Shown: piece after piece, positions 1 to 10,027 of the stretch
Numbering within the stretch: position 1 is the first letter of the stretch
How the letters are laid out: each line of letters begins with the position of its first letter
Origin: an uncultured Nitrospinota bacterium
GTDB lineage: Bacteria; Tectomicrobia; Entotheonellia; J063; CAVPRW01
Assembly: GCA_963707985.1 (NCBI GenBank)
Contig: CAVPRW010000037.1
Location: 106,522 to 170,521 of the forward strand
DNA length: 64,000 nucleotides
Direction: 5' to 3'
Program-made: the position numbers and the translations under genes
The notes under the pieces: model-generated
What the model was told of the DNA's origin: nothing
Database searches by the model: none
The model's input: only the letters and a program-made list of their open reading frames with translations

Positions 1-35
1 AAGGGCAGGAGAGCAGACCAATGGCGATCGGGTGC

Positions 36-1245
36 TCACCACGGTTGTGAGCGGTCTGAGAATTCAGAGGGCGTAGCGAATTGGACCTCCAGGATGGGGC
101 GGATCTCCCAGTGCGCTGTGGTGGCCTGCAAGCGTTTCCCTCGTGAAGGCACAGGAGGGGATGCAGCGGGAACCGACAGCTGGCCCGTCAGTTGCACAAA
201 GATCGGACGCTGCATGATCGAGCCGCGTAGCGATGGTTCCTGCTGCCGGAGCAGCTGCTGTCTGATGAAGGTCCGAACCGTCTGGAGCTGAGCCTGTCCG
301 ACTGGGGAACCTTGGGCCTGGTTTGGGGGAGGTACCGAGGCGACCAGCACCCGGGTTCCAGCCTGCCGGTTTGGGGTGACGTACAGGTGGTACGTGCTGT
401 CGGGGGCACGGGAGATCCGCTGGAGCCATCCGGTTACGTGCAGCATGTCTCCCACCTGGATGTCTGAGGGGGCTGACCCTGGAGATGGAGGCTCGGAATG
501 TGTGGTCAGCCTTCTCGGGTGGCGCTTGGAGCGTAAGCAGGTCGGTCACGCTAACGGCTTTCGGCATCTCCACTGGATCAATTGGGCCTAACGTATCGCC
601 CTGTCCGTTCACGTGTTGCGGCTGGTTGTGCGACTGGAACCGGGGAGAGAAACATCCCTCGGCTCCCCGATCGGGAGTTGATCGGCCGACCACGGGGGCA
701 CGGCTCCTTGGCGGTTGTCCGCTGTCGACCCGGAAGGCATGCGCCCAGAATCCGTAGGCCACCACCACTGCGATGCCGATCAGGGGAGCCAACAGGGTGT
801 ACCATCCCCTGGATTGCGTCGGCGGCCGGTCGTAGAGCGCAGACAGCACGAGATATTCCCGGAGAGCGGCACAGCGGGTGGAGTGTACATCCACCGCTTC
901 CTGCGCGAAGCTGAGCCGGGTGTCGTCGGTGCCTACTGGCCGTATACTGCCATGCGGCGTGGGCGGTTGGTGCTCGACGATAATGGGGAAGAATGCCCCC
1001 TTGATGGCTTTACCATGGCGCAGGACACAGCAGCGATACTGCCAGGTTTGCCGGGTGGTCATCGTCGTGCGGACCTTGTATTCCCCATGTTGACCAAAAG
1101 CGTGACTGAGAACCCCATGCTCTAAGAGCTCGGCAACCGCTTGCGCCTTTTTGTCATTACCGGGCGGGTGCCCGACCGGCGTATCAGGCCATGCCGCGAG
1201 GGATGACCGGGATGAGGAGCGTTCATCGAACGGTATGACAGTCAT
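36..1245 (-). CDS. Hypothetical membrane-anchored protein with possible C-terminal OB-fold-like domain (frameshifted near 460)
   Basis: ATG at 1245 with GGGAGG RBS; hydrophobic segment LLAPLIGIAVVVAYGFWA in ORF 64..1269; the protein-like C-terminus (GDMLHVTGWLQRI...HWEIRPILEV) lies in ORF 36..455. Confidence 0.45.
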
Positions 1246-1828
1246 GACGACAGCCTCCCTGTGCGCCAAATGTCGTGTGGCTGGAGATCGAGAGTCGCAA
1301 CAGGACCCTCTTCGCCTAAAACGCTGTTACGTATGGCACTAGAGGCGTTGGGGGGCTAGGAGAGGATCAGCAGTTCGGTCTTACCAAAAAACGGGAATAG
1401 GCCGGTAGGACCGGCAAAGCCGGGCGTTCAGAGGATGGAAACAGACTGGCTTTCCTTTTCCGCATGGCAAGCTCCTTGTCCGCAGCAGTGTTCAGCACGG
1501 GGCGCATGAGCAGCCCAGGAAAGGTGAAGTAGAGTTAATATAGCAAACCAAACAGGTAGGTCAAGCACAACATGAATATATAATTCATCACCTATTAATA
1601 TGAAAAATACGTTTTGAACAATATACATATTAATTATCTATCAATCCTGATCTGAATCATTTATCGTGCCAGGTGTGTCCTCTGGCGGGTCGTCGTGCCA
1701 TGGATGCAACGCAAAGCACCCCCCGACCTCACCCCTGAGTCCCCCTCATGGTTCATCATCAAGCTTCTGCAGGAGCAGGACCAGCTGTCGCGGAGGCCCT
1801 GCGCCACCATATCCCTGGCGCTGCGAGG

Positions 1829-2588
1829 TCACATCGAGGTGTAACCCCCGTCGACGGGCAGTGCAACCCCTGTGATGTAGTCGGAAGCAGGGCTAGCTAG
1901 GAAGACGGCGGCACCGGCGAGCTCATCGGGCTCACCCCAGCGTCCATGCGGAATGCGAGATTTAATAGAAGTTGTAGCGCTCTGCAGATGCAGAGGCCGT
2001 CAGGTCGGTGTGAATCCATCCAGGGAGTAGCGCATTGACTTGGATATTGTCCTTTGCCCAAAACACCGCCAGGCTCTTGGTGAACTGCACCACCCCACCC
2101 TTGGTCGCCCCATAGGCTGGAGAGACGTTGCTGCCGAAGATGGACGTCATGGAACCGATATTGATGATCTTGCCTCCTCCTGCCTGAGCCATGGATGGAT
2201 ATGCTGCTCGCGAGCACAAGAAGACCCCAGTGAGATTGGTGTTCAGGACCTGCTGCCACTCCATCAGCGTGTAGTCTTGTGGTGCTTTACGAATGTTGAT
2301 ACCAGCGTTATTGACGAGGATATCGATGCCGCCGAACGCCTTCACGGTGGCTTGCACCATCGCCTGTACCGAGGCTTCATCCTGCACGTCCGTCACGACG
2401 CTCATGGCCTTGACGCCCAACGCATGCAGGGCTGCGACCGCCTGCGCGTTCTTCTCAGCACGACGTGCCGCGATGACGATGTTCGCACCGGCTTGCCCCA
2501 GCCCTCGCGCTATGCCATAGCCAATGCCACCATTGCCGCCTGTCACAATCGCCCCTTTGCCGGTCAGATCAAAGTTTGCTGCCATCAT
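1829..2588 (-). CDS. Short-chain dehydrogenase/reductase (KduD/gluconate 5-dehydrogenase-like), frameshift near 1965
   Basis: [12 protein letters not shown] and YGATK motifs; the C-terminus [43 protein letters not shown] continues in another frame to TGA at 1829-1831. Confidence 0.88.
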
Positions 2589-2790
2589 CGGACTCCTGGT
2601 TTTGACTTTCGTTGCGCTCAAGATTACAGTAGGGCCTCCCTGACGCTGACACAAGACCGGATGAAACGATTTGTAGTTCTGACGCGTCAGGGGGTTGGTG
2701 CGGTTATCACTGCCGGGTGGATGTCGGTCTCTCCTGACAGGGACCTATCCGCCAATCAATCATTCAGCCTGTGCTGGGTCGGAGGATGCT

Positions 2791-3582
2791 ATGGGTTACG
2801 AGTATATCCTAGTCGAGAAGGAAAGCGGTGTAGCGATTCTCACCATGAATCGCCCAGCTCAACTTAACGCCATGAATCGGCAGTTGAGCTCAGAGTTGCA
2901 TGATGCCGTCACGCAAATGGTGGCAGACGACGAAGTGGGTTGCATTGTCATTACGGGAGCGGGGCAACGCGCGTTTACGGCGGGCGGCGATATCCATGAG
3001 CAACGTGAGAACGATGTCGCCTTCACCCAGGAGGAATTGGATGCGCGCAGCGCCGTCCGGAGCCGAGGCAGCTATGAGATCAGCGCCTGTCCCAAACCAA
3101 CGATCGGCATGATGAACGGCCTGGCCTACGGAGGGGGCGCAGTTTTAGCGTCGTCGCTGGATATGCGGATCGGCTGTGAGAATACCCGCTTTCGCTTTCT
3201 AGCGGCTGCCTACGGCCGCATCAATAGCACCTGGACCCTGCCTAACCAGGTGGGCTGGCCGATCGCCAAGGAGCTTTTGTTCTCGGCCCGCATCGTCGAG
3301 GCGGAGGAGGCCTATCGTATTGGCTTGTTGAACCATTTGGTCCCATCCGCGCAACTGCGAGAGAAAACCATGGAGCTGGCGACGATGATCGCCGGCAACC
3401 GCAGCGACGCGGTCATGGGGGTCAAGGACCTGCTGCTCCGACAGATGGGCCGCAGTCTTGAGGAGCAATGGGTACTAGAACGCGACTATACAAGGAATGT
3501 GGTACGAGGTGCAAAGGCTGAGGAGGCCTTTCCCGAGTTTATCGCTCGTAAAGGCAGGCCTCTACCACCTCAAAAGCCGTAA
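2791..3582 (+). CDS. Enoyl-CoA hydratase/isomerase family protein
   Basis: LTMNRPAQLNAM, AFTAGGDI, PKPTIGMMNGLAYGGG, EAYRIGLLN crotonase motifs; GGAGG RBS before ATG 2791. Confidence 0.9.
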   Translation: MGYEYILVEKESGVAILTMNRPAQLNAMNRQLSSELHDAVTQMVADDEVGCIVITGAGQRAFTAGGDIHEQRENDVAFTQEELDARSAVRSRGSYEISACPKPTIGMMNGLAYGGGAVLASSLDMRIGCENTRFRFLAAAYGRINSTWTLPNQVGWPIAKELLFSARIVEAEEAYRIGLLNHLVPSAQLREKTMELATMIAGNRSDAVMGVKDLLLRQMGRSLEEQWVLERDYTRNVVRGAKAEEAFPEFIARKGRPLPPQKP

Positions 3583-3665
3583 CCCCTTGAGCTCTTTAGA
3601 CCAGTGCTGAGAGCAAACATTCGGTAGGAACATTGAAATCGGAAAGCGTCTGACGAGCACATCGG

Positions 3666-3705
3666 CGGCAACCGAGAACCGAGACATCCCGAGACTCGGT
3701 TGCCG
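3666..3705. terminator. Hairpin between convergent genes
   Basis: Perfect 11-bp inverted repeat CGGCAACCGAG / CTCGGTTGCCG. Confidence 0.6.
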
Positions 3706-3733
3706 AGCAGCACCTGTATGAGCGATCTACCGT

Positions 3734-5389
3734 CTATCCACCCGCACCCTCATCAAAGCGCGACCGGCGGGCCTCAAGATTACTATGGACGTCGATCAAT
3801 ACGGTACGACCTTCCGCGTTCAGGCGTTGGGCCTGCTTGAGCGCGGGAGCGATGTCGTCCGGTCTGATGACCGTGATGCCGACCGCTCCCAGGCCCTCGG
3901 CGATCTTGGCATAGTCGCCGGTCATCTTGGTCACTTCGAACATTTGGCGGGCGGTGGGATAGCCGCCAGGGTAAGTGGCCATGTCACCATTGTTGAGGAG
4001 GATGGTGGTGATCGGTGCGCCGGCGCGGACAGAGGTTTCAATGTCCAAGCCGGACATGCCGAAGGCGCCATCGCCCATGAAGTTGAGGCAGAACTTGTCG
4101 GGCTTGGCGAGCTTAGTACCGATCATCAGCGGGATGCCATAGCCCAGGTGCGTCGTCTTGCCCCACCCAATATAGCTGTGCGGCACCGTGGCAGAATAGA
4201 ACGGCATGATCGTGTCACGCGGAGCGCCAGCGTCGTGCGTGACGATGCTATGTTCCTTGTCGAGCGTGCGTTCCAACTCGCCGATGACTCGATACGTGTT
4301 GATGGGCATCTCATCAGAGTTCAGCAATCCCGTCCAAGAGGCCATCCACTTCTGCTTGATCTCGGCGATCTCGGCGGCGACGTGGGTCTGTCCCTTGCGT
4401 CCGTTCGGGCCGAGCTGGGCCTTAACCTCCTCAATTAGCATGCGGATGGTCAGTTTGGTATCACCCGGCAGACCGACATCGACGAAATAATCCTTGTCGA
4501 TGTCCTGCAGGCTCTCCGTATTGTGGATCATGATTTTCCCAGTGGGGATGGGCTGACCGTAGCTGGTACGCGTCAGGCTTGAGCCCAGGGCCAGCAGGAG
4601 GTCAGATTCTTGAAGCCACTGGCGGGCTTGCAGGCTGGTGGAGGAACTGCCCGAGCCCAGCGCCAGGGGATGGCGTTCATCGAATCCAGACTTACCGGGC
4701 ATCGTGCAGTAGACGGGGATCTCTGTTAGCTCCGCCAGCTCTTGCAGCTCTGCTGAAGCGTCCGCCAGCAGCGTACCCATCCCGGACCAGATGACGGGCT
4801 TGTGGGCCCCCAACAACAGCCGCACGGCATCCTTGACATCGCTTGCCGAAGGCGTTTGCGGATATCTCTTGGGAGACTGATAGTGCATGGCCGCTTCGGC
4901 GACTTCCTGGGTGGCGACGTCGGCGGGGATCTCCACGATCACCGGTCCTGGGCGACCGTTACGCAAATGGTGAAACGCCCGTCGCATCACACTGGCAGCC
5001 ATATCTGACTTCCAGACCACCTCGCTGTGGACAGAGACGGACTGATAGGTGCGCACGGGGGAGAAGTTCGGCTGCACCGAATGCTGGGCCAAAGCCGGAC
5101 CGCCTGGGAGGTACAGGATGGGTACGTTATCGCCGAAGGCCTGAGCCAATCCGCCCATGGCGTTTTCAGATCCGGGTCCCCCCTGGGTGATCACGACGCC
5201 GAACTTCTGGCGGTTGTTCATACGGCTGTAGCCGTCGGCAGCCATGAGCGCCCCGCGTTCCTGCCGGAACATAATCGGCCGGATACCTTCCTTAGCGACA
5301 GCCTCGATTAAATTATTAGACGGGAAGCATGAGATCCACTCCACGCCTTCCGTCTTTAAGATACGTGCGATAACCTGCTGTGTATTCAT
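3734..5389 (-). CDS. Thiamine pyrophosphate-dependent enzyme (acetolactate synthase large subunit-like)
   Basis: RQERGALMAADGYSR N-terminal motif; GDGAFGM...LLNN TPP-binding motif; GGAG RBS. Confidence 0.9.
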   Translation of the reverse strand: MNTQQVIARILKTEGVEWISCFPSNNLIEAVAKEGIRPIMFRQERGALMAADGYSRMNNRQKFGVVITQGGPGSENAMGGLAQAFGDNVPILYLPGGPALAQHSVQPNFSPVRTYQSVSVHSEVVWKSDMAASVMRRAFHHLRNGRPGPVIVEIPADVATQEVAEAAMHYQSPKRYPQTPSASDVKDAVRLLLGAHKPVIWSGMGTLLADASAELQELAELTEIPVYCTMPGKSGFDERHPLALGSGSSSTSLQARQWLQESDLLLALGSSLTRTSYGQPIPTGKIMIHNTESLQDIDKDYFVDVGLPGDTKLTIRMLIEEVKAQLGPNGRKGQTHVAAEIAEIKQKWMASWTGLLNSDEMPINTYRVIGELERTLDKEHSIVTHDAGAPRDTIMPFYSATVPHSYIGWGKTTHLGYGIPLMIGTKLAKPDKFCLNFMGDGAFGMSGLDIETSVRAGAPITTILLNNGDMATYPGGYPTARQMFEVTKMTGDYAKIAEGLGAVGITVIRPDDIAPALKQAQRLNAEGRTVLIDVHSNLEARRSRFDEGAGG

Positions 5390-5812
5390 TCAGTCTCCTC
5401 CACAATCTCGTTGTGCAACTTCCCACATTTCACTGGTAATAGTGATATCATTCTTCGTTCATCCCGTCAGCATCATAGCAACCGCACACAAAAAAGGGAA
5501 TCGCTCTGTCATAGGGCAGCACCACGGGGCATCATTCCACATATCGTCAAATGGAACACAGGCGGTTTCACGACGTGGGAGCAGAGCATAGGCGATTTGC
5601 TGGCACTTTACAAGAGGGACTGTCTTCAGAAACGCAACCAGAGCGCCACGAAGGGCCGTGGGCAAGGCTACGCCATTGGGAACCGAAGCAGACGGTGACC
5701 ACGTGACACATGCACCGCAGACTTCCCGCTCTCCGCATGGCACGGCGCACCCCCGCCCAGCCATCCCGCTCGATGGCAGGTCCGGGCAGGGGTACATATG
5801 TGGCGTCCCAAA

Positions 5813-6355
5813 CTATGTACCTTCAAAACTGGCTAAAGAGGGGCCGTTGTAGTGGTAGTCCGCGCGATAGGCCTGCATCAGCGCTCGCATATCTTGCCGG
5901 AGCTCCTCCAGCGTCGGCCGTCCAACGAACCACCAACCATCGTAGATCGCATGGATTTTTAGATCTGGTCCCAGGGAAAAGGCATAGGGAAGCGCAACTA
6001 AGCCGTATTTGAAATCGGGTGGCGTCACTTCAACCATATCGAGCTGTCGGATGGCACGACGCTCGTGATCACTGAGGAATGTAAAGGTCGCCCCGAGTCC
6101 TGCTCGAAAGGCCGCGCTGATGTCTGGTGGATCGGTACTGACAACTGCCAGCTTACAGTAGTTGACCTGCAAGTCCTCCTGCAATTCGAGGAAGCGCCGC
6201 ACCTGGCGCGCGCATTTCGGTCACCAATAGCCGCGGTAGAAGCTCACGATCAGCGGAAAACCACCGGCCAGTTCCGACAAGGTGACGAGTTGATGCCGAT
6301 GATCAGAAAGCGTTAAATCGGGAAATCGCTTGCCCACCACGAGATCCGGATGCAT
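5813..6355 (-). CDS. Selenocysteine-containing AhpC/TSA-type redoxin (UxxC), 180 aa with readthrough
   Basis: ATG 6355 with GGAAAGGAGA RBS; FPDLTLSDH...LIVSFYRGYW-TGA(6221-6223)-PKCARQVRRF reads in frame into ORF 5813..6202 (FTFLSD, WFVGRP); hairpin directly 3' of the TGA. Confidence 0.85.
6191..6220 (-). promoter_or_regulatory. Putative bacterial SECIS element
   Basis: mRNA after UGA is CCGAAAUGCGCGCGCCAGGUGCGGCGCUUC; by hand it folds into a GC-rich stem with a CAGGU apical loop about 15 nt from the UGA. Confidence 0.6.
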
Positions 6356-6410
6356 GCGTGTCTCCTTTCCGAGCGGCCCTGGGCGAAGCCCATGGCGTTG
6401 AGAATCTCTC

Positions 6411-7406
6411 CTAGAGTGGCCGGAACAACGCCAGCAGAAACCAGCGTCGGGCGTCAAACCAGGTGCGACGTAGCACGAGATTGGCCTGGTATCCTAAATC
6501 ACGGACTTCGTCAACGCTATACTTATACGAACTTTCCGTATGAATCGTTTCATCCTTGTCAAACGACACCACTTGTTCGAGCTCGACAATGGGAACGCGC
6601 TGAGCTCGTCGACTGCGGAGGTGCATCTCGATACAACCCTGTGCATCGTTGTAGAGGGCTAGGTGCTCAAAGCTCTGTAGGTCGAACCGTCCGCCAAGCT
6701 CATGATTAATGCGGTGGAGGACATTGAGGTTGAACGCTGCCGTGACACCCTGGGCGTCGTCATAGGCAGGTAGGAGAATCGCTGGCGATTTTTTCAAGTC
6801 GATGCCCAGGAGAAAGGCGTCCTCAGGCCCCAGTATGGCGGCCATACGCTGGAGGAACTCGGCGCTCTCGGCAGGCGTGAAGTTCCCCAGACTCGAACCG
6901 AAAAAGGCCACGGCTTTCTGCTCTAGCTGGAACGCCTGAATAACCTCCGGTTGCCCCGAGAAGTCGGCGTGCATGGCACGAATCTCAGCATAGCTGTATT
7001 CCTGCAGCAGGCGGTTGGCTGTGTCCCACAAAACCTCTCGAGCAATATCGACTGGGCAATAGGAAAACGGTCGTCCGGCCCATTCATACGCGTCGAGGAG
7101 GTAACGGGTTTTGGTGGCGCTTCCAGACCCGAGCTCCACCAGCGCCAGGTGACCGATGTCGGCATGAATCTGCGCGGCATAGGTGCTGAGAATCTCCTGT
7201 TCCGCCCGGTATGGATAGTACTCGGGCAACGCACAAATTTGCTCGTACAGTTGGGAGCCGCGCGCGTCATACAAGTACTTCGGCGGCAGCCATTTTTGTG
7301 GGGCGGCAAGCCCATGGGCTACGTCCCGCCCAAAGAGGTGTCGGTTCAGGCGTACATCCATATCATAAAACTGGAGTCGTTTATTGGCGAGTTCCTTGGT
7401 CGGCAT
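6411..7406 (-). CDS. egtD: L-histidine N-alpha-trimethyltransferase (ergothioneine biosynthesis)
   Basis: KWLPPKYLYDARGSQLYEQICALPEYY, VELGSGSATKT, GSSLGNF, AYDDAQGVTAAFNLNVL, IHTESSYK; downstream of egtB. Confidence 0.95.
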   Translation of the reverse strand: MPTKELANKRLQFYDMDVRLNRHLFGRDVAHGLAAPQKWLPPKYLYDARGSQLYEQICALPEYYPYRAEQEILSTYAAQIHADIGHLALVELGSGSATKTRYLLDAYEWAGRPFSYCPVDIAREVLWDTANRLLQEYSYAEIRAMHADFSGQPEVIQAFQLEQKAVAFFGSSLGNFTPAESAEFLQRMAAILGPEDAFLLGIDLKKSPAILLPAYDDAQGVTAAFNLNVLHRINHELGGRFDLQSFEHLALYNDAQGCIEMHLRSRRAQRVPIVELEQVVSFDKDETIHTESSYKYSVDEVRDLGYQANLVLRRTWFDARRWFLLALFRPL

Positions 7407-7562
7407 GGCTGTCCTTTACCGCAGTCGCATCTGCATTGTTATGGGGGGCACCTTGGAACGGCGTCATCCGATTCGTGCTGACTCCTTTATCATGCCGTTG
7501 CGGCTATTGCACGCCCGCATCAAAAGCGTGGAGGCCCTCAGGCGGCTGGATGGGCATAGGGC

Positions 7563-8885
7563 TTACTGTCGAATCGTCCTGGCGAGCCGGAGCCCCATAA
7601 ATTGCCAACGGGCATCGGCAGGAAAAAAGTTGCGATAGCTTGGCCGAATATGTGAGACCGAGGTGGCACACGATCCACCGCGCAGTACGAACTGGTTCGC
7701 CATAAATTTGCCGTTATACTCTCCGAGCGTACCCGGTGCTGGAGTGTACCCTGGATAGGGGGAATAGTGACTCTGGGTCCACTCCCAGACATCCCCGAAC
7801 ATCTGGGCCAGTGGCACAGTATGATCGGTCTGGCCCAGGGGGACCGGATGGAAGGTCTGTTGGTCGACGAAATTGCCGCTGATCGGCAGAGATATCGCCG
7901 CGACCTCCCATTCGACCTCGGTGGGTAGGCGCGCACCAGCCCATCGCGCATAGGCATCCGCTTCATAGTAACTGACGTGACAGACGGGTTCGGCTTCCTG
8001 GACGACTTGCATTCCCGCAAGCGTCAGCATCCACCAACGACCATGCTGCTGCTCCCAATATAGCGGGGCCTTCCATCCTTCGCGCTGGACCGTGTCCCAC
8101 CCCATCGAAAGCCATAGCTCCGGCCGTTCATACCCACCGTCGGCCATGAAGGCCAAAAACTCCCTATTGGTGACGAGGCATGATGCCAAGTGAAAGGGCT
8201 CGATAAAGCTCCGATGCCTCGGGGATTCATTATCAAAAGCAAATCCCTGACCATCATGGCCAATCCAGTACACCCCCTCGGGAAAGCTCACCCACTGTGG
8301 TGCGCACCCTACCTGGGCAGGGCGCGCGTTGTTAGCAACCACATACGCTGGTCGCAAAGGATTGCAGGAAAAATTGTATTTCAGATCGGTTAAGAGCAAC
8401 TCTTGATGCTGTTGCTCATGCTGCAGGCCGAGCTCGACAATAGGAGACCAGATAGCGAGCAGATCGTCACCTAAACCCTCCAAAAAGGCCGTTATCTGCT
8501 GGTCGACATAGGCTCGATAGCGATAAATCTCCTCGACGGTCGGACGCGACAGCAGCCCCCGTTTTGGCCGGCTATGTCTCTCACCAGCCCCCACGTAATA
8601 GGAATTGAACAGATACGCATAGGAAGCATGGGGCGATCGATAGGTTGGATCAGCCGAGGCCAGCACAAACGTTTCGAAAAACCAACTCGTATGCGCCAGA
8701 TGCCACTTCGGGGGGCTCACATCTGGCATGGCTTGAATGACATAATCTTCGGTCACGAGAGGCTGGCAAAGACACTCGGTAAACTGTCGCACCTGATGGT
8801 ACCGTCTGATGAGTGTCTCCTGGGGGGAAGGTTCCCTGGAGATGGAGGAGGTTATCGCATCGTGGGCACTTTGAGAAAAGGGCAC
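7563..8885 (-). CDS. egtB: Ergothioneine sulfoxide synthase (DinB_2 + FGE-sulfatase domains)
   Basis: SPPKWHLAHTSWFFETF, YLFNSYY, HEQQHQELL iron ligands, GEYNGKFM, YRNFF..RWQFMGLRLA. Confidence 0.95.
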   Translation of the reverse strand: MPFSQSAHDAITSSISREPSPQETLIRRYHQVRQFTECLCQPLVTEDYVIQAMPDVSPPKWHLAHTSWFFETFVLASADPTYRSPHASYAYLFNSYYVGAGERHSRPKRGLLSRPTVEEIYRYRAYVDQQITAFLEGLGDDLLAIWSPIVELGLQHEQQHQELLLTDLKYNFSCNPLRPAYVVANNARPAQVGCAPQWVSFPEGVYWIGHDGQGFAFDNESPRHRSFIEPFHLASCLVTNREFLAFMADGGYERPELWLSMGWDTVQREGWKAPLYWEQQHGRWWMLTLAGMQVVQEAEPVCHVSYYEADAYARWAGARLPTEVEWEVAAISLPISGNFVDQQTFHPVPLGQTDHTVPLAQMFGDVWEWTQSHYSPYPGYTPAPGTLGEYNGKFMANQFVLRGGSCATSVSHIRPSYRNFFPADARWQFMGLRLARTIRQ

Positions 8886-9225
8886 GTTCCTCTCCTCTTC
8901 CGCATTGTCTTCAACCTCGGACCCTGTTACTTCACATCCGGTGGGTGACTATGTCTCCCCCTTGTTGACACCACGCATACCGTTGAAGCCCTGCCTTGAA
9001 CCTGCCTAAGTGATCTTGCCAGGGTGCGGGGCACTGGCGATGTTCTGAAAATTGCTAGCAGGGAAGCTATTATACCGCAAGTTAGCGGCATGCTTGCCTG
9101 AATTCTCCGTATGCTCTACACTTGGGTTACTATGGACAACTATACAGCAGTTTTCCGGTTTTTGCCCAGGCTGGAGCTTTCCGCATGATCTCTCGCCTGT
9201 GAGGCCGTTGCTGGGAAATGGCTCT

Positions 9226-9900
9226 TCAGGCTTTTGAAGCGTGCACGAGGGATAGCAACTCCCCAAACGTGTCGATCACATAGTCCGGTGCACAATGCAA
9301 CAGAGCATCTTGCCCGCCGAAGCCATAGGTGACGGCACAGGTCACGACGCCAGACGCCTTTCCCGCCAGAATGTCGGCGGGGGTATCGCCAACCATCAAG
9401 GCCTGCGGAGGGGCACAGTGTAGGGCGGCGAGGGCCGCGAGCACGGTGTCGGGGGCGGGCTTGAGGCGCAGATCGGGGGTACCGCCCTGGATGTGCCGAA
9501 AAAAGGGACTGAGGCCAAGCCGTCGCAAGACGATCTCCGCTTCCGCTGGCTCTTTGGTGGTGACGATGCCGAGCGTGAAGGTGGCCAATGCCTGTAAGGT
9601 ATCGATGACCCCAGGGTATAATTGTGTGAAACAGGCGTCCTGCTGGGCATAGGTGTGACGGTAAGCAGTCAGGAAGGCACCGGTCAACGCAGGAGACAAC
9701 GGCCCCCCGAGCTCCCAGAGCATCTCGGCGAGGGGCTTTCCAATGTGGTGGCCAATCGCTGAGGCACTGGGCGGGGTGCCATCGATCACGGTCCGCCAGG
9801 CGTGCTGAAAGGCTGTGGCGATGTCCAACCGGGAGTCCACTAGCGTGCCATCCAGGTCACACAAGATCGTCGTGATGGTGCGGTTCTCACCCCGCTGCAC
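9226..9900 (-). CDS. HAD-superfamily hydrolase (phosphoglycolate phosphatase-like)
   Basis: CDLDGTLVDS, LKPAPD, MVGDTPADILAG motifs; probable GTG start at 9900 with GGAGAGG RBS. Confidence 0.88.
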   Translation of the reverse strand: MQRGENRTITTILCDLDGTLVDSRLDIATAFQHAWRTVIDGTPPSASAIGHHIGKPLAEMLWELGGPLSPALTGAFLTAYRHTYAQQDACFTQLYPGVIDTLQALATFTLGIVTTKEPAEAEIVLRRLGLSPFFRHIQGGTPDLRLKPAPDTVLAALAALHCAPPQALMVGDTPADILAGKASGVVTCAVTYGFGGQDALLHCAPDYVIDTFGELLSLVHASKA

Positions 9901-10027
9901 TTTCCTCTCCCCGTGCGCACCCGTTACTCTCGTCGGAACGAGTGATGACACTCCGGTGATCGACGACCACTTCAGAGCTGGTGACACCGTCAAAGTCACA
10001 ACCTATTCCCGTCGACCCAGGTGACTC

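Noticed and set aside
2040..2867. Long antisense ORFs (also 19337..20161, 45006..45869, 47393..48193, 53889..54698)
   Set aside because: Shadow frames of recognisable genes in high-GC DNA.
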